This document shows, in pieces, positions 18,213 to 28,344 of a stretch of 64,000 bases of DNA. The notes under the pieces are model-generated. The model saw only the letters and a program-made list of their open reading frames with translations. It was not told the origin of the DNA and ran no database searches. Within the stretch, counting starts at the first letter, position 1, and each line of letters opens with the position of its first letter. Origin of the DNA: a virus; IMG/VR virus record IMGVR_UViG_3300045988_152178; one strand, given 5' to 3'. The position numbers and the translations under genes were made by a program.

Positions 18213-18815
18213 ATGACAATATCAAATGTTTTGGAACATTGGGCAACGATATATAAGCCCTTATCCCATAACCCGACAAGCAAGAAACTGGAAGACCAGA
18301 GTTTCTTCCGCATCCGTGATATTGATGAGGAAAATATCTTTTCTCGCAACGCCAATATCATTCACTCTCCCTGTATGCTCTATCGTGTGGTTAACTCCGG
18401 AGAGCTGAAATCGGATAAGCAAGCCCTGATTACCTATCAGGTCTGTTTCCTAACCCGACTGAAAGACTCTTCTGCCACATTGGGCAGATACGATGGTGGC
18501 AAATTGCAGGCTGCATCGGATGATCTGATGGAGTATTGCGAAGACCTTGCATCCTATCTCACTCAGCTTCGACGCACGGGTATCTGTCCTATCACGGGCA
18601 GAAACTTCAAGACGGAAGAGCCTAAGTTGGGCATAGAATTGTCATCCGTCGATATAGAGAGTTTTGCCTATGGTGTAAACCCTCTTTTCCGTGGTCCGAG
18701 CTGGCTCCTTGCTGATTGCTATTGGCAGACTATCCGTCCGCTATATAACTTCCAATGCGGGAAGGAGCAGAAATATATCATTCCTGCATCAACAGAAGAC
18801 GGAAAGGAGGGATAA
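18213..18815 (+). CDS. hypothetical protein
   Basis: 200-aa ORF upstream of the tape measure gene. Confidence 0.6.
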   Translation: MTISNVLEHWATIYKPLSHNPTSKKLEDQSFFRIRDIDEENIFSRNANIIHSPCMLYRVVNSGELKSDKQALITYQVCFLTRLKDSSATLGRYDGGKLQAASDDLMEYCEDLASYLTQLRRTGICPITGRNFKTEEPKLGIELSSVDIESFAYGVNPLFRGPSWLLADCYWQTIRPLYNFQCGKEQKYIIPASTEDGKEG

Positions 18816-18818
18816 GCT

Positions 18819-19373
18819 ATGCCTATCAGAACCCAACCCATCAAGTCGCCTTTTGCACCCCTGAAAGAGGTGGCAGGCGTATATCTGAAACAAGCCCTTC
18901 TCGATATAGAAGTCAACTTCAATACCCAGAAGATTTATCCGGTAGAAGTATATCGTGGCTACGAAAAAGTGAACAAATACCGCGAGGAACACGGCATGTG
19001 GTACTCCACGGGTGAAGGTAAGAAATCCTTTGAAGGTACGGTATATCAAGCCGACGAAAAGACGGGTAATCTGATGGTAGGAATCCGCTATAACGATTAT
19101 CTCCGCTATGTGGATATTGGTGTAGGTTTGACGGGTGATCCTCGTGACCCTGCAGCCCATATCACTGCCGATAAGGTGGACCGCTCGAAAAAAGCCAAGT
19201 TCAAAACCCGATATATCGGCAAGTGGGATAGAAGAGCAGGTAAATCTCACCGTCCTGCTATCATGCGAACGGTGAGAAGACTGAAAACGAGATATGAAAA
19301 CCATCTTGCCGATTACTACGGCTATCAAGGTTTGTTGCAGATAATGAATGCCCTGGAAGGCAAAGACGATTAA
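18819..19373 (+). CDS. hypothetical protein
   Basis: 184-aa ORF directly upstream of the tape measure gene. Confidence 0.6.
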   Translation: MPIRTQPIKSPFAPLKEVAGVYLKQALLDIEVNFNTQKIYPVEVYRGYEKVNKYREEHGMWYSTGEGKKSFEGTVYQADEKTGNLMVGIRYNDYLRYVDIGVGLTGDPRDPAAHITADKVDRSKKAKFKTRYIGKWDRRAGKSHRPAIMRTVRRLKTRYENHLADYYGYQGLLQIMNALEGKDD

Positions 19374-19382
19374 CCCCTCTCA

Positions 19383-19412
19383 CCTCCGTTCCCGGCGATT
19401 CCTTCGTCGGTC
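19383..19412 (+). repeat. hairpin repeat copy A (divergent)
   Basis: CCTCCGTTCCCGGCGATTCCTTCGTCGGTC, 10 nt after the 19373 stop. Carries an A:T to G:C compensatory pair and one G-T wobble. Confidence 0.7.
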
Positions 19413-19451
19413 TCATATCCCCCAAAAATAAACATTAAAAATAAAAAAGCA

Positions 19452-22400
19452 ATGGCAAAGAATAAAACAGAGGCTATCATCACGCTCAACGGCCAGCAAC
19501 CGCTCCAGGTATTGAAGCAGTTGCAGGAGGCAGCAGCGGGTATATCCGACCAGTTAGATGCGGCTCAGGCGAAGCTGAAAACCCTGAAGCCGAACACTGA
19601 CCCATATAAAGCCCTCGTTGCAACCATCAATGATTTGAAGAAGCAGTATGATTTGCTGGCTTCTGCACAGATTAAGGATATTTCTGCCAATGAGCGTTTA
19701 CAGAGCGTGGTGGACCAGCTCAGTAATACTTCGCTCCGTCAACTTCGCCGTGCATTGGGCGACGGCAAGCGTCAGCTCGAAGGCTTGTCGGAGGCAGAGC
19801 TGGAGCAGGCTAATTCCATCCGTGCGATGATGAAGACAGTAGGCGACCAGATACGTCTGCTGGAAGGAAAGTATGTAAAGATACGTGAGGGATTGGCAAG
19901 CATCGGTACGCAAAGCGACCAATGGCTCAGTAAGGCTATTGCACAGCAGAAAGACCTTATGGACTATACCCGACGCGGTACGAAGGAGTATAAAGAGCAG
20001 GAGCAGGTGATGCAGATGCTTACCGCCGAGCAGAATAAGCGCAATGCCGCCGTTTCTGCCGAAGCTGCTGCCAAGCGTCAGGCTCAGTTCAAGCAGCAGG
20101 TAGCATCGTCAAGACAGATGCTTTCATCTACCGACACGATGAAGAACCATTCGCAGACTGAAATCCAGACTGCCATCAATACCCTGAAACAGGCACAGGG
20201 TCAGAGTAATATCGGTGGCAACGAGTGGAAGCAGTATGCTGATGAGATAGCCAAGGCAGAGGAGCGGCTTGCATCGCTTGCCGGTAAGGTAAAGGAAGTG
20301 AAGCAGGTAATGTCCGAAAAGGATGCCAAGGACACTATTACCTTTATGGATAGTCATACCGAAGGTGAGGTTCGTGAGGCTATCAATACCCTCAGACTTC
20401 TTCAGGCGCAGACGCATATCGGTAGCGAGGAATGGAAAAAATACGCTATCTCTATTGCCGATGCAGAGGAGAGTCTGGCTAAACTCACGGGTAAGGCGAA
20501 GGAGGTAAAGGAAGAGCTTTCTCTTACTGAAACGAATGAGCGATTGAAAACTTTAGGCGAGCAGTCTGAGCAGAGTTTGCAGGATATGCTCAGAGTTCTT
20601 CAGGAGGCTAAAGTTTCGATGAAGCCGTTCTCTAAGGAATGGGAAGACCTGGCTGCGAAAATCGACAGCGTGAAGACCCGAATGGCAGATGTTGCCAGCA
20701 ACTCGCCTTTCGAGCGTAACTATGATACCGCTCAGAAGATGGCTCGACAGGATGGATTGTTGGATAAAGAGGGTTCCCTTCGCAATCCGACTAAAAATGA
20801 CCTGGAATGGTCTAAAAGCTATCTCCAGAAGGAATTGGGCAATACTTCTCCTTTTGAAACTGTCAAGATAGCGGAAATAAAGGAAGCTCTTGGTATGTTG
20901 GACGAACGCCTCAGTGCGTTCAAGGATAATGCCGATAAGTCTGCCATGTCTGCTGAGAAACTGAATGAGGTTCTTAGTAATATGAAGACCGCCTCTCTTG
21001 ATGATCTGAAAGCCGCGTCTGCCGAACTGAATAAGCAACTTGGCAAGCTGGCTCCATCTTCCGATGCAGCCAAGCAGGTAAAACAGCAGTTGCAAGCCCT
21101 GGATAAGGAAATCAAGCAGGTGGAGGATGATGTGGTAGATGTAAATGATGTCATCGCCCGCAGCAAAAAAGGCAAGGCTTCTATCGAGGAACTTAAAAAA
21201 GCCTATCAGCAGTTACAAGCCGAGTTGAATAAAATCAATACCGGCGACGAGGAATTTAAGAATAAGCAGAAGGCTCTAAAAGATCTGAAAAAGGAGATTG
21301 ATAATGTGACCGGTGCAGCACAGAAACAAGGTGGTGCTTGGCATACGGCTTTAAAGAACCTTACGGCATACGTGGGTCTCTTCCAGGCATTTAACGCTAT
21401 TAAAGATACTGTTACTTCCGCTATCAAGAAGAACTTTGAATACTCTTCTTCTTTGACGGATATTCGTAAGGTGTCCGGACTCACGATGCAGGATGTCAAT
21501 AAGCTGTCTGAGGAATTGGCTAAGATAGATACTCGTACTTCTGTTGATGGTTTGGCTGAACTTGCTTACCAGGGTGCAAAACTCGGTATGGGTAAGTATG
21601 GCGTGGAAGGTATGGCTCAGTTCGTAAAAGCTGCCGACCAGATCAATGTAGCCATCGGCGAGGAGATGGGCGAGGAAGCGCTGCCGGCTCTTTCTAAGAT
21701 GGTGGAGACGATGGGCCTTATCCCGAAGATGGGTATCGAGAAAGCGATGCTTGCTACGGGTTCGGCTATGTTTAAGTTGGCTTCTACCTCTACCGCCACA
21801 TCTGGCAATATCGTAGAGTTTGCCAAGCGATTAACCGGTGTGAGCCGTACAGCAGGTATTACTACCGACCAGTTGTTGGCACTCGGTTCTGCATCTGATT
21901 CTCTCTTCCTGATGCCGGAAGTGAGTGCTACGGCTATGTCTAAGTTTATCGTAGCCTTGCAGAAGAACCATAACCTTATCGAGAAGGATTTGGGCATTCA
22001 GCAGGGTACCATCAAGAATATGTATGCTGCTGGTAACGCCATGGATGCTATTGTTCTTGTATTAGAGAAGATGCGTGACAAGGGCAATATGAATGCTTTG
22101 GGCAGTATCTTTAAAGACCTTGGCTCCGATGGCCAGCGACTCGTTACCGCTATGGTAACTATGTCTAAGAACGTAGATGTGCTGAAAGACCATCTTTACG
22201 AATCTCAGGAGGCATTCGAGGAGGCGACGGCTGTAACCAGTGAGTACACGATGCAGCAGCAGTCAGCAGCAGGTATATTGGATAGAGCCAATAACCTTTG
22301 GGAAAAGGCATTTGTCAACCCTGATGGCGTGGAAAGTGTGAAGGCTATGGCGCAGGCTTGGTACGATATGTCGCAGATGATACTTCAGAGTCCTATTTTT

Positions 22401-25400
22401 AAAGGTACTCTGCAAGGTGCTCTCTCAATGGTTATCACCTCCTGCAAGATATTCGTTACCCTTTTGCCGCTCATCATGAATTATCTGGTTGGTCTGGGTA
22501 TTTGGAAAGCGGCTGCATTTATGTGGGACTTCGGCAAGGCTATCTGGGCAGCAGCAAAGGCGCAGGCAGGCTTTAACACTGTTACGAAATTAAATCCATA
22601 CGTAGCATTGGCAAGCGTTCTTGTTACGATTGTCGGTGTATTCTATTCTTATGCCAATGCCGCAAGCGAGGCAGCAGCAGCTGAAGCTGAGGCAAAGCGT
22701 AAGGCTGGCGAATGGAAGAATAAATTAGGCGAAGCTGAGAAGCAGACGGATGATTTGACCCGAAAACTGCATTCTTATAAGGTAGCTCTCGAAGCTGTCA
22801 ATCTTTCGCAGAAAGACCGCAATACTCAGATTGCTCGATTTAACAAGGATTTCCGTCAGTACATTAACAAACTTGGTATTGAAATCAAGAGTGTGGATGA
22901 TCTGCGTAAGCATTATAGTGCTCTTTCTTTGGAAATTCAGCGTGCCACTTACTACCGACTCCGTGAGGAGGCAAAGCAGGACGCTCTTCCTGGTTATCAG
23001 AAAGACAGACTTGCTGCTGCTAACATGGTTAAGAAATATATCAGTGAGAACGATTTTAAGTATGGTGGTTTCACGGTAAAGGATATTATTCGATGGTTCC
23101 AAAAAGGTGCAGATGCTAATGCAGCATACTCTTACTTGATAAAAGGCTCCTTAAAAAATACTTATGTCAATGGAAAGCTGGGTGGAGCAAATAAGGATAT
23201 TAAGTTCAATTTTAAAACGGGTGAATATTCTTATGACCGCAAAAATAAAAATGGAGCTACACGTGACAGTGATTACGAGTTGTTATCTCGTCTTCGTTAT
23301 CTTTATAATGCAACAAATAGGGAGCAGAATAAAGAGGATGAAATTAACGATTATTTCAGTCCGTTCGTTCCGAAAGACTATGTTCCTTGGGAAGAGGATA
23401 CTCCTGGTACACTTGAAAATGATGCACCTGATAAAGATGCGATCAGTGCTGCGAAGCGGGAGGCACGTGAACATAAACAGGCATTGCGCGAGCAGCAGCG
23501 TTCCTGGCGTGATGAGTTGAAGCAGAAGCAGGACGAGGCAAGCGCTATCATGGATAACGTGCGCAACTTCTATGAGCGTCAGATTAATGAAAAGCTATCC
23601 CAGGCGGTAAGCCTCGGAAGGGATGAGACAGAGCAGAAATTCTACATAGAACCGATAAAGAGACGTATGAACGAAGCTCTTGCTCAAGTACGCCTTGCTA
23701 TCGCTGGTCAGGCTAACACCTGGGAGGAGTTCAAGAAGACGATGGATAATGATCTTGTTGAGAAGACCGATGAGACTGGCGTGAATCTTTCTCAAAATCT
23801 CCTCGCTTCCATCCAAAAGAATAACGTCGATGCCCTGCGTGAGAAGATGGCTCAGTTGGGTAATAGTCTGAACCGCCCGATGAACTCCATCACGTCTGAA
23901 ATCTTTGCCAAGGCTACCAAGAATCAGCAGAATAATATAACGTTGGAGGCTCAACAGGCAGAAGCCCGACGGAAGATAGCCCGAGAGCACAACTATACGG
24001 GAGCTGTGCAGCAGAATATGTACGATGATTTCAATCAGATGGGCTTTGCCAATCCAACCGATTTTGAGTTGGCAGATGAAGAGTCTGCAGAAAGACGTAA
24101 GAAGCATATCATCGCCATGTATGAGCAGGCAAGAAAGCAAATCGCCAACCTTTATACAGTTGATGTCAATGATAAAAAGGGCAGGGGATTGCTGATGCAG
24201 ATGCTCTTTGGCGATGATCCTTATGTACTGGGTGCCCGCGTTCAGAGCGTGCTGGGTGATAATGCGGAAGACTGGCGTGTGTTCTACAACAAGCTCATTC
24301 AGTATTCCGATGAATATACTGAGGCGCAGAAAAAGACCTACGACCAGGCAAAAAAGATTGCCGAGCAGATGTGGAAGGTCAACCAGCGCAATCTTGCCAA
24401 CCAGGAAGCCCTTCGCAAGATGCAGCAGGAAAGTGCGCTCTTTGGCAAGCGAACCAATATGTGGTCGAACCTCGGTCTCGGCGACCTTACCGCTGACCCA
24501 GAGGTGGAGCTGATGAAGATGAAGATGCAGATGGCAGAAGATTATTATGCTTTCGTTTTCAAAAACTCACGTAACAAGCAGCTCCTCGACGAAGCAGACA
24601 AGGCTCGGCAGGAGGCAGAACTTGCCTACGTCAACCAAATGGCAACGGCGATGAAGAACCGACTCTCGCAGATGCAGCAGCTCGTGCAGCCTATCGAAAC
24701 CTTCGGTTCGGAAGTAGGCAAGGCATTTGCTGAAATGCGCAACGATGTAAGCAGCGCACAGGAGAGTATCAAGAACGCTCTGAAGTCTATGCTTGAGTCA
24801 TGGGCTAATATGGCGCTCAACGACGTGAATACGCAGATGTGGAAGGCAATCAACGATGCAGGTGCCAAGCGAGCTAAGAAGAAAGCGCAGCCTGATATTG
24901 ATAAAGCAAGAGCCAATGCTGATGCCAATGCCGTGAAGGAAGATTTCTCAAATCTCGGCACAAAGGCGAACCCGATGTACGTGCGACTGGTAGATGAGGG
25001 TGCAGCTTACCTTACTCCGCAGCCGCAGTCTAACTTTGAGAAGATGACTCTACAGCAGCCTTCTCTCGGTTGGAATCCTGATGGTTCGCCTATCAATAAC
25101 AGTCCGGCGATTGTGCCTCCTTATGCGCCTCCTGCTACTCCTGAGCAGCCGAATACGCAATCACAGGGCAGTGGTGCGCCTCGTGCATGGGAGCATCGCA
25201 ACAGAGACAATGCTAATGCGTTCTACAATGATGCAGCAACACAAACTGGTGCAGCAGCCGCCGATGCTATCGCAGGTGGCGGTTCCTTCGCTGATGCCGC
25301 AGCCGGTATCACTGGTTCCTTCATCGGCGGTGTGATGAATACCGAGTTTAAGAAGGGTGGTAAATCCAAGGAAGACAAGGAGAAAGCCGACCAGTTGAAG

Positions 25401-26381
25401 AAGGAGAAGAAGCACCAAAAGGAACTGAGTAAAGAGGTCAAGAAGGGCAATAAGGATCGTGAGAAGGTTACCACGCAGGGTGTTCAAAACATCACGAATG
25501 TGACGGATGCCGGAAACAAGGAGCAGACCGAGGGCACAAAGATAGCTTTGAATACAGGCATGGCTATGACGGAAACGGCACTCACTACCAACCTCGCCAA
25601 TACTCAGGCTAACAATGAGGCAATCACCCAATCGGATGCAGCCCGCACGCAAGCGGGAATGACCTTCTCTATCGCTGGTGCCATCGGTAAGTGCTTCGAC
25701 TTCCTGGGTCCTATCGCGGGTCCTATTGCAGCCGCAGGTGTGATGGCTACCCTCATGGGCTTGCTCCAGTGGGCACTCAATTCTGCATTCAGCGGCAGCA
25801 AGAAGAAGAGTAATACCAATACTACCAACACCAAGCTTGTAACCGGTATGCTTACCTACGATTCCGGAAACGTTCAAGACTTGAAGCCATTTGTGGCTGA
25901 TAATGGCGAGGTGTATTGGGCAAAGGAGGATGATGGCAAGCAGATGCAGGGCGTGAAGATGCTTACGTCTCCAACCGCCACTACCGTGAACGGGCAGCCG
26001 TCTCTCGTAGCCGAGAGAGGACCAGAAATCGTGATTGGTAGGGAAACCACCCACGCCATGATGATGAATAATCCTGGCTTGCTGAAAGCCCTCGTAAACT
26101 ACGATCGCAACTATTCCGGAAGAAACTCAGCAAGAAGGGCATTTGATAATGGCAATGTGGGTGATGTCCTTGCAGCAGGCAATGGTAATCTTTCGTCTGG
26201 CGCGTCAGCGGCAGACGGACTATTAGCAGCCAATGCAGCAAGCAATGCGGCGCTCCTACAAGCCGTGAATGCGCTCATTCAGCGCCTGAATCAGCCTATC
26301 AACGCCAAGGTTAACATGTATGGTCGTGACGGACTGTATGACAGTCTGGATAAGGCTAACCAGTTTATGAAGAATAAATAG
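19452..26381 (+). CDS. tail tape measure protein (2309 aa)
   Basis: Long coiled-coil regions. TMP core-like block SSLTDIRKVSGLTMQDVNKLSEELAKIDTRTSVDGLAELAYQGAKLG. Hydrophobic segments. Internal approx. 65-aa tandem repeat. Confidence 0.85.
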   Translation: MAKNKTEAIITLNGQQPLQVLKQLQEAAAGISDQLDAAQAKLKTLKPNTDPYKALVATINDLKKQYDLLASAQIKDISANERLQSVVDQLSNTSLRQLRRALGDGKRQLEGLSEAELEQANSIRAMMKTVGDQIRLLEGKYVKIREGLASIGTQSDQWLSKAIAQQKDLMDYTRRGTKEYKEQEQVMQMLTAEQNKRNAAVSAEAAAKRQAQFKQQVASSRQMLSSTDTMKNHSQTEIQTAINTLKQAQGQSNIGGNEWKQYADEIAKAEERLASLAGKVKEVKQVMSEKDAKDTITFMDSHTEGEVREAINTLRLLQAQTHIGSEEWKKYAISIADAEESLAKLTGKAKEVKEELSLTETNERLKTLGEQSEQSLQDMLRVLQEAKVSMKPFSKEWEDLAAKIDSVKTRMADVASNSPFERNYDTAQKMARQDGLLDKEGSLRNPTKNDLEWSKSYLQKELGNTSPFETVKIAEIKEALGMLDERLSAFKDNADKSAMSAEKLNEVLSNMKTASLDDLKAASAELNKQLGKLAPSSDAAKQVKQQLQALDKEIKQVEDDVVDVNDVIARSKKGKASIEELKKAYQQLQAELNKINTGDEEFKNKQKALKDLKKEIDNVTGAAQKQGGAWHTALKNLTAYVGLFQAFNAIKDTVTSAIKKNFEYSSSLTDIRKVSGLTMQDVNKLSEELAKIDTRTSVDGLAELAYQGAKLGMGKYGVEGMAQFVKAADQINVAIGEEMGEEALPALSKMVETMGLIPKMGIEKAMLATGSAMFKLASTSTATSGNIVEFAKRLTGVSRTAGITTDQLLALGSASDSLFLMPEVSATAMSKFIVALQKNHNLIEKDLGIQQGTIKNMYAAGNAMDAIVLVLEKMRDKGNMNALGSIFKDLGSDGQRLVTAMVTMSKNVDVLKDHLYESQEAFEEATAVTSEYTMQQQSAAGILDRANNLWEKAFVNPDGVESVKAMAQAWYDMSQMILQSPIFKGTLQGALSMVITSCKIFVTLLPLIMNYLVGLGIWKAAAFMWDFGKAIWAAAKAQAGFNTVTKLNPYVALASVLVTIVGVFYSYANAASEAAAAEAEAKRKAGEWKNKLGEAEKQTDDLTRKLHSYKVALEAVNLSQKDRNTQIARFNKDFRQYINKLGIEIKSVDDLRKHYSALSLEIQRATYYRLREEAKQDALPGYQKDRLAAANMVKKYISENDFKYGGFTVKDIIRWFQKGADANAAYSYLIKGSLKNTYVNGKLGGANKDIKFNFKTGEYSYDRKNKNGATRDSDYELLSRLRYLYNATNREQNKEDEINDYFSPFVPKDYVPWEEDTPGTLENDAPDKDAISAAKREAREHKQALREQQRSWRDELKQKQDEASAIMDNVRNFYERQINEKLSQAVSLGRDETEQKFYIEPIKRRMNEALAQVRLAIAGQANTWEEFKKTMDNDLVEKTDETGVNLSQNLLASIQKNNVDALREKMAQLGNSLNRPMNSITSEIFAKATKNQQNNITLEAQQAEARRKIAREHNYTGAVQQNMYDDFNQMGFANPTDFELADEESAERRKKHIIAMYEQARKQIANLYTVDVNDKKGRGLLMQMLFGDDPYVLGARVQSVLGDNAEDWRVFYNKLIQYSDEYTEAQKKTYDQAKKIAEQMWKVNQRNLANQEALRKMQQESALFGKRTNMWSNLGLGDLTADPEVELMKMKMQMAEDYYAFVFKNSRNKQLLDEADKARQEAELAYVNQMATAMKNRLSQMQQLVQPIETFGSEVGKAFAEMRNDVSSAQESIKNALKSMLESWANMALNDVNTQMWKAINDAGAKRAKKKAQPDIDKARANADANAVKEDFSNLGTKANPMYVRLVDEGAAYLTPQPQSNFEKMTLQQPSLGWNPDGSPINNSPAIVPPYAPPATPEQPNTQSQGSGAPRAWEHRNRDNANAFYNDAATQTGAAAADAIAGGGSFADAAAGITGSFIGGVMNTEFKKGGKSKEDKEKADQLKKEKKHQKELSKEVKKGNKDREKVTTQGVQNITNVTDAGNKEQTEGTKIALNTGMAMTETALTTNLANTQANNEAITQSDAARTQAGMTFSIAGAIGKCFDFLGPIAGPIAAAGVMATLMGLLQWALNSAFSGSKKKSNTNTTNTKLVTGMLTYDSGNVQDLKPFVADNGEVYWAKEDDGKQMQGVKMLTSPTATTVNGQPSLVAERGPEIVIGRETTHAMMMNNPGLLKALVNYDRNYSGRNSARRAFDNGNVGDVLAAGNGNLSSGASAADGLLAANAASNAALLQAVNALIQRLNQPINAKVNMYGRDGLYDSLDKANQFMKNK

Positions 26382-26446
26382 AAGAAGGTTTTGTTGATTG
26401 TTAGTTGTTAAGTTTTTTAAGTTTATTATTATTATGTTTTTCAAGA

Positions 26447-26478
26447 CTGTTTCGCTGTGAAGCGAGGCAGCCTTTTTT
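26447..26478 (+). terminator. intrinsic terminator after the tape measure gene
   Basis: 10-bp stem CTGTTTCGCT / AGCGAGGCAG (two G-U pairs), GTGA loop, then CC plus T6. Confidence 0.6.
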
Positions 26479-26490
26479 CTTTAAATTTCT

Positions 26491-27054
26491 TTTTGGTCCC
26501 ATTTTGCGGCCAACCTCATATTTTAGTGGGCTTTTGATAACTCGCTGATTTTGTGGGCTTTTTAATCTCAAAAACATATCTTGGTCTCATTTTTCGCCGA
26601 AATTCACTACTATATATAAAATTTCCCGTGTATTTTTTCTTTTCCCTAAAATCAAAAACCCCTAACCTCAAATTAGAAGTTAGTAGCATTAACGGCTTTG
26701 CCGTAAACATCAGATAATAAGGTAGTTATGTGGATAAGTGGGAGTGGCAACTAGCGAGAGAAATGCAGGATTTTTTACATATATTCTATATATTTCTGAA
26801 ATATTTTGTTTCTTCTGCGTACATTAGTTTATAGAAAATGAGATAAAAATGAGACCAAGATAAAGCAAATCGCTGAAAAACAAGCAGATAACTGAAAAAG
26901 AATAGGGGACCAAGATGGGGACAGCAGTGGGTCAGCAGTGGGACAAAATACGCCATTTTAGCAATTAGGGGACTTTAACAATTCGCCCTTCAAAATAAAA
27001 ATGAGACCAAAATCGGCAAAATGGGACCAAAAATCGAATTTTGGTCCCATTTTT
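26491..27054. repeat. iteron / nested inverted-repeat region (candidate replication origin)
   Basis: Seven GRGACCAA cores (4 forward, 3 reverse). Two nested 17-bp perfect inverted-repeat pairs. A 15-bp-arm palindrome at 27018..27053. Immediately upstream of the primase-like gene. Confidence 0.55.
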
Positions 27055-27068
27055 GAAAAAACATCCTC

Positions 27069-27104
27069 CTCGCCCCCGTTCCCAGCGATTCCATCGCTGG
27101 TTCC
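27069..27104 (+). repeat. hairpin repeat copy B
   Basis: CTCGCCCCCGTTCCCAGCGATTCCATCGCTGGTTCC between the iteron region and the primase promoter. Confidence 0.9.
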
Positions 27105-27181
27105 CCCTCTCAACCTATATTAAATGTTAAAAATATAACTTATTTCAAATATTATATAGCTTACATATACTCTTTTCGATT

Positions 27182-27197
27182 TATTTTTGTATTTTTG
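27182..27197 (+). promoter_or_regulatory. tandem -7 boxes upstream of the primase-like gene
   Basis: TATTTTTG twice, the second continuing as TATTTTTGCAGCA as at the LysR promoter. Confidence 0.4.
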
Positions 27198-27230
27198 CAG
27201 CAGATTTTATATAAATAATATATGTAAGGT

Positions 27231-28307
27231 ATGTTTGAGGAGATATGTTCCATCTATCGGGATGCGAAAGATGCACTTGGAAGATACGTCGATATGGAGA
27301 CGGGCGAGTGCATCCAGCAGATGTCTATCCGTGAGTTCTGTCTGACGGACAGATGGAAGCCGTATGTAGAAAAACTTCGAGCCATGCGGCAGGAATTTGG
27401 CAGCAAGGCTAAGAAGATGCCGGAATACGTAGATACCAAGAAGATGCTTCCTGGTGCCACACTGAGCGGTCTCTTCGCTACCTACGAGGACGATAGCCTT
27501 ACCCATCCAGGCCAACGTGTGATGGTTTCCCGAAGAGAAAGCCATCTGCAGCAGCATACCGGATGGCTCACCATCGACATCGACCTTCAGGACAACCAGC
27601 AGCTTACCAGCTTTGAGAATATCCGCATGGTGTCTCGCTTTCGTCCAGAAATCGGTTTGCTGATGCGTTCTTGTTCGGGTACCGGATATTTCGGATTGGT
27701 TCGCCTGGCTTATCCCGACAGGCATAAGGAGCAGTTCAAGGCTATCCTCAAGGAATATTCCGCCCTGGGTATCGTGCTCGATAAGCAGTGTGGCAATATC
27801 GGACGTGTGCGCTTCGCCTCATGGGATGATGCAGACCACATCTATATTAATACTCATGTGCAGCCTTATCAAGGTTTGGCGACAGATGAACCGCAGGTGA
27901 TACCACAAGCAAGACCGATGTATCGGCAACCGCAGAGTAACGCCTCCAGCGCTTACGGTAATGGCTACGACAATAAAGCCTTCTGGAATGATCCTCGCAC
28001 GCAAGACCGCATCATCGAACTCATCGTAAAAGCACTGGTGAGCCGACGTATCAACATCACGGAAAGTTACGATGAGTGGACCAAGGCAGGTTGGGCATTG
28101 AAGGCGCATCCCTACGGCGAGCGTCTGTTTCACGAGCTTTCGGCATGCAGCCGGAAGTACAACGCTGCCCAGGTATCACAGAAGTGGCGGCAGCTAGGCA
28201 GCAGCCATACCATAAGCTATCATTACCTTATCCATGCCTGCAAGGTGAATTTAGGCGAAGGAGAATATCACTCTATCCTGCAGCAAGTATGGAGAGAAAG
28301 AGGCTAA
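27231..28307 (+). CDS. primase-like replication protein (VirE_N/BT4734-like N-terminus, PriCT-like C-terminus)
   Basis: C-terminal SYDEWTKAGWALKAHPYGERLFHELSACSRKYNAAQVSQKWRQL resembles the PriCT motif. Adjacent to the iteron region. Confidence 0.55.
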   Translation: MFEEICSIYRDAKDALGRYVDMETGECIQQMSIREFCLTDRWKPYVEKLRAMRQEFGSKAKKMPEYVDTKKMLPGATLSGLFATYEDDSLTHPGQRVMVSRRESHLQQHTGWLTIDIDLQDNQQLTSFENIRMVSRFRPEIGLLMRSCSGTGYFGLVRLAYPDRHKEQFKAILKEYSALGIVLDKQCGNIGRVRFASWDDADHIYINTHVQPYQGLATDEPQVIPQARPMYRQPQSNASSAYGNGYDNKAFWNDPRTQDRIIELIVKALVSRRINITESYDEWTKAGWALKAHPYGERLFHELSACSRKYNAAQVSQKWRQLGSSHTISYHYLIHACKVNLGEGEYHSILQQVWRERG

Positions 28308-28344
28308 TAAGAAAAGTTTTTTTATACAATAAAGATTAAAGATT

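Noticed and set aside
18813-18821. Stop-codon readthrough fusing 18213..18815 and 18819..19373 (same reading frame, separated by TAA GCT)
   Set aside because: Sharing a frame has a one-in-three chance of occurring by accident. There is no readthrough context or downstream structure, and the second ORF has its own ATG.
25161-26054. 297-aa and other minus-strand ORFs inside the tape measure gene (for example 20553..21095, 23595..24140)
   Set aside because: They are antisense shadows of a 2309-aa gene with a clear TMP signature. They have no independent start context or motifs.
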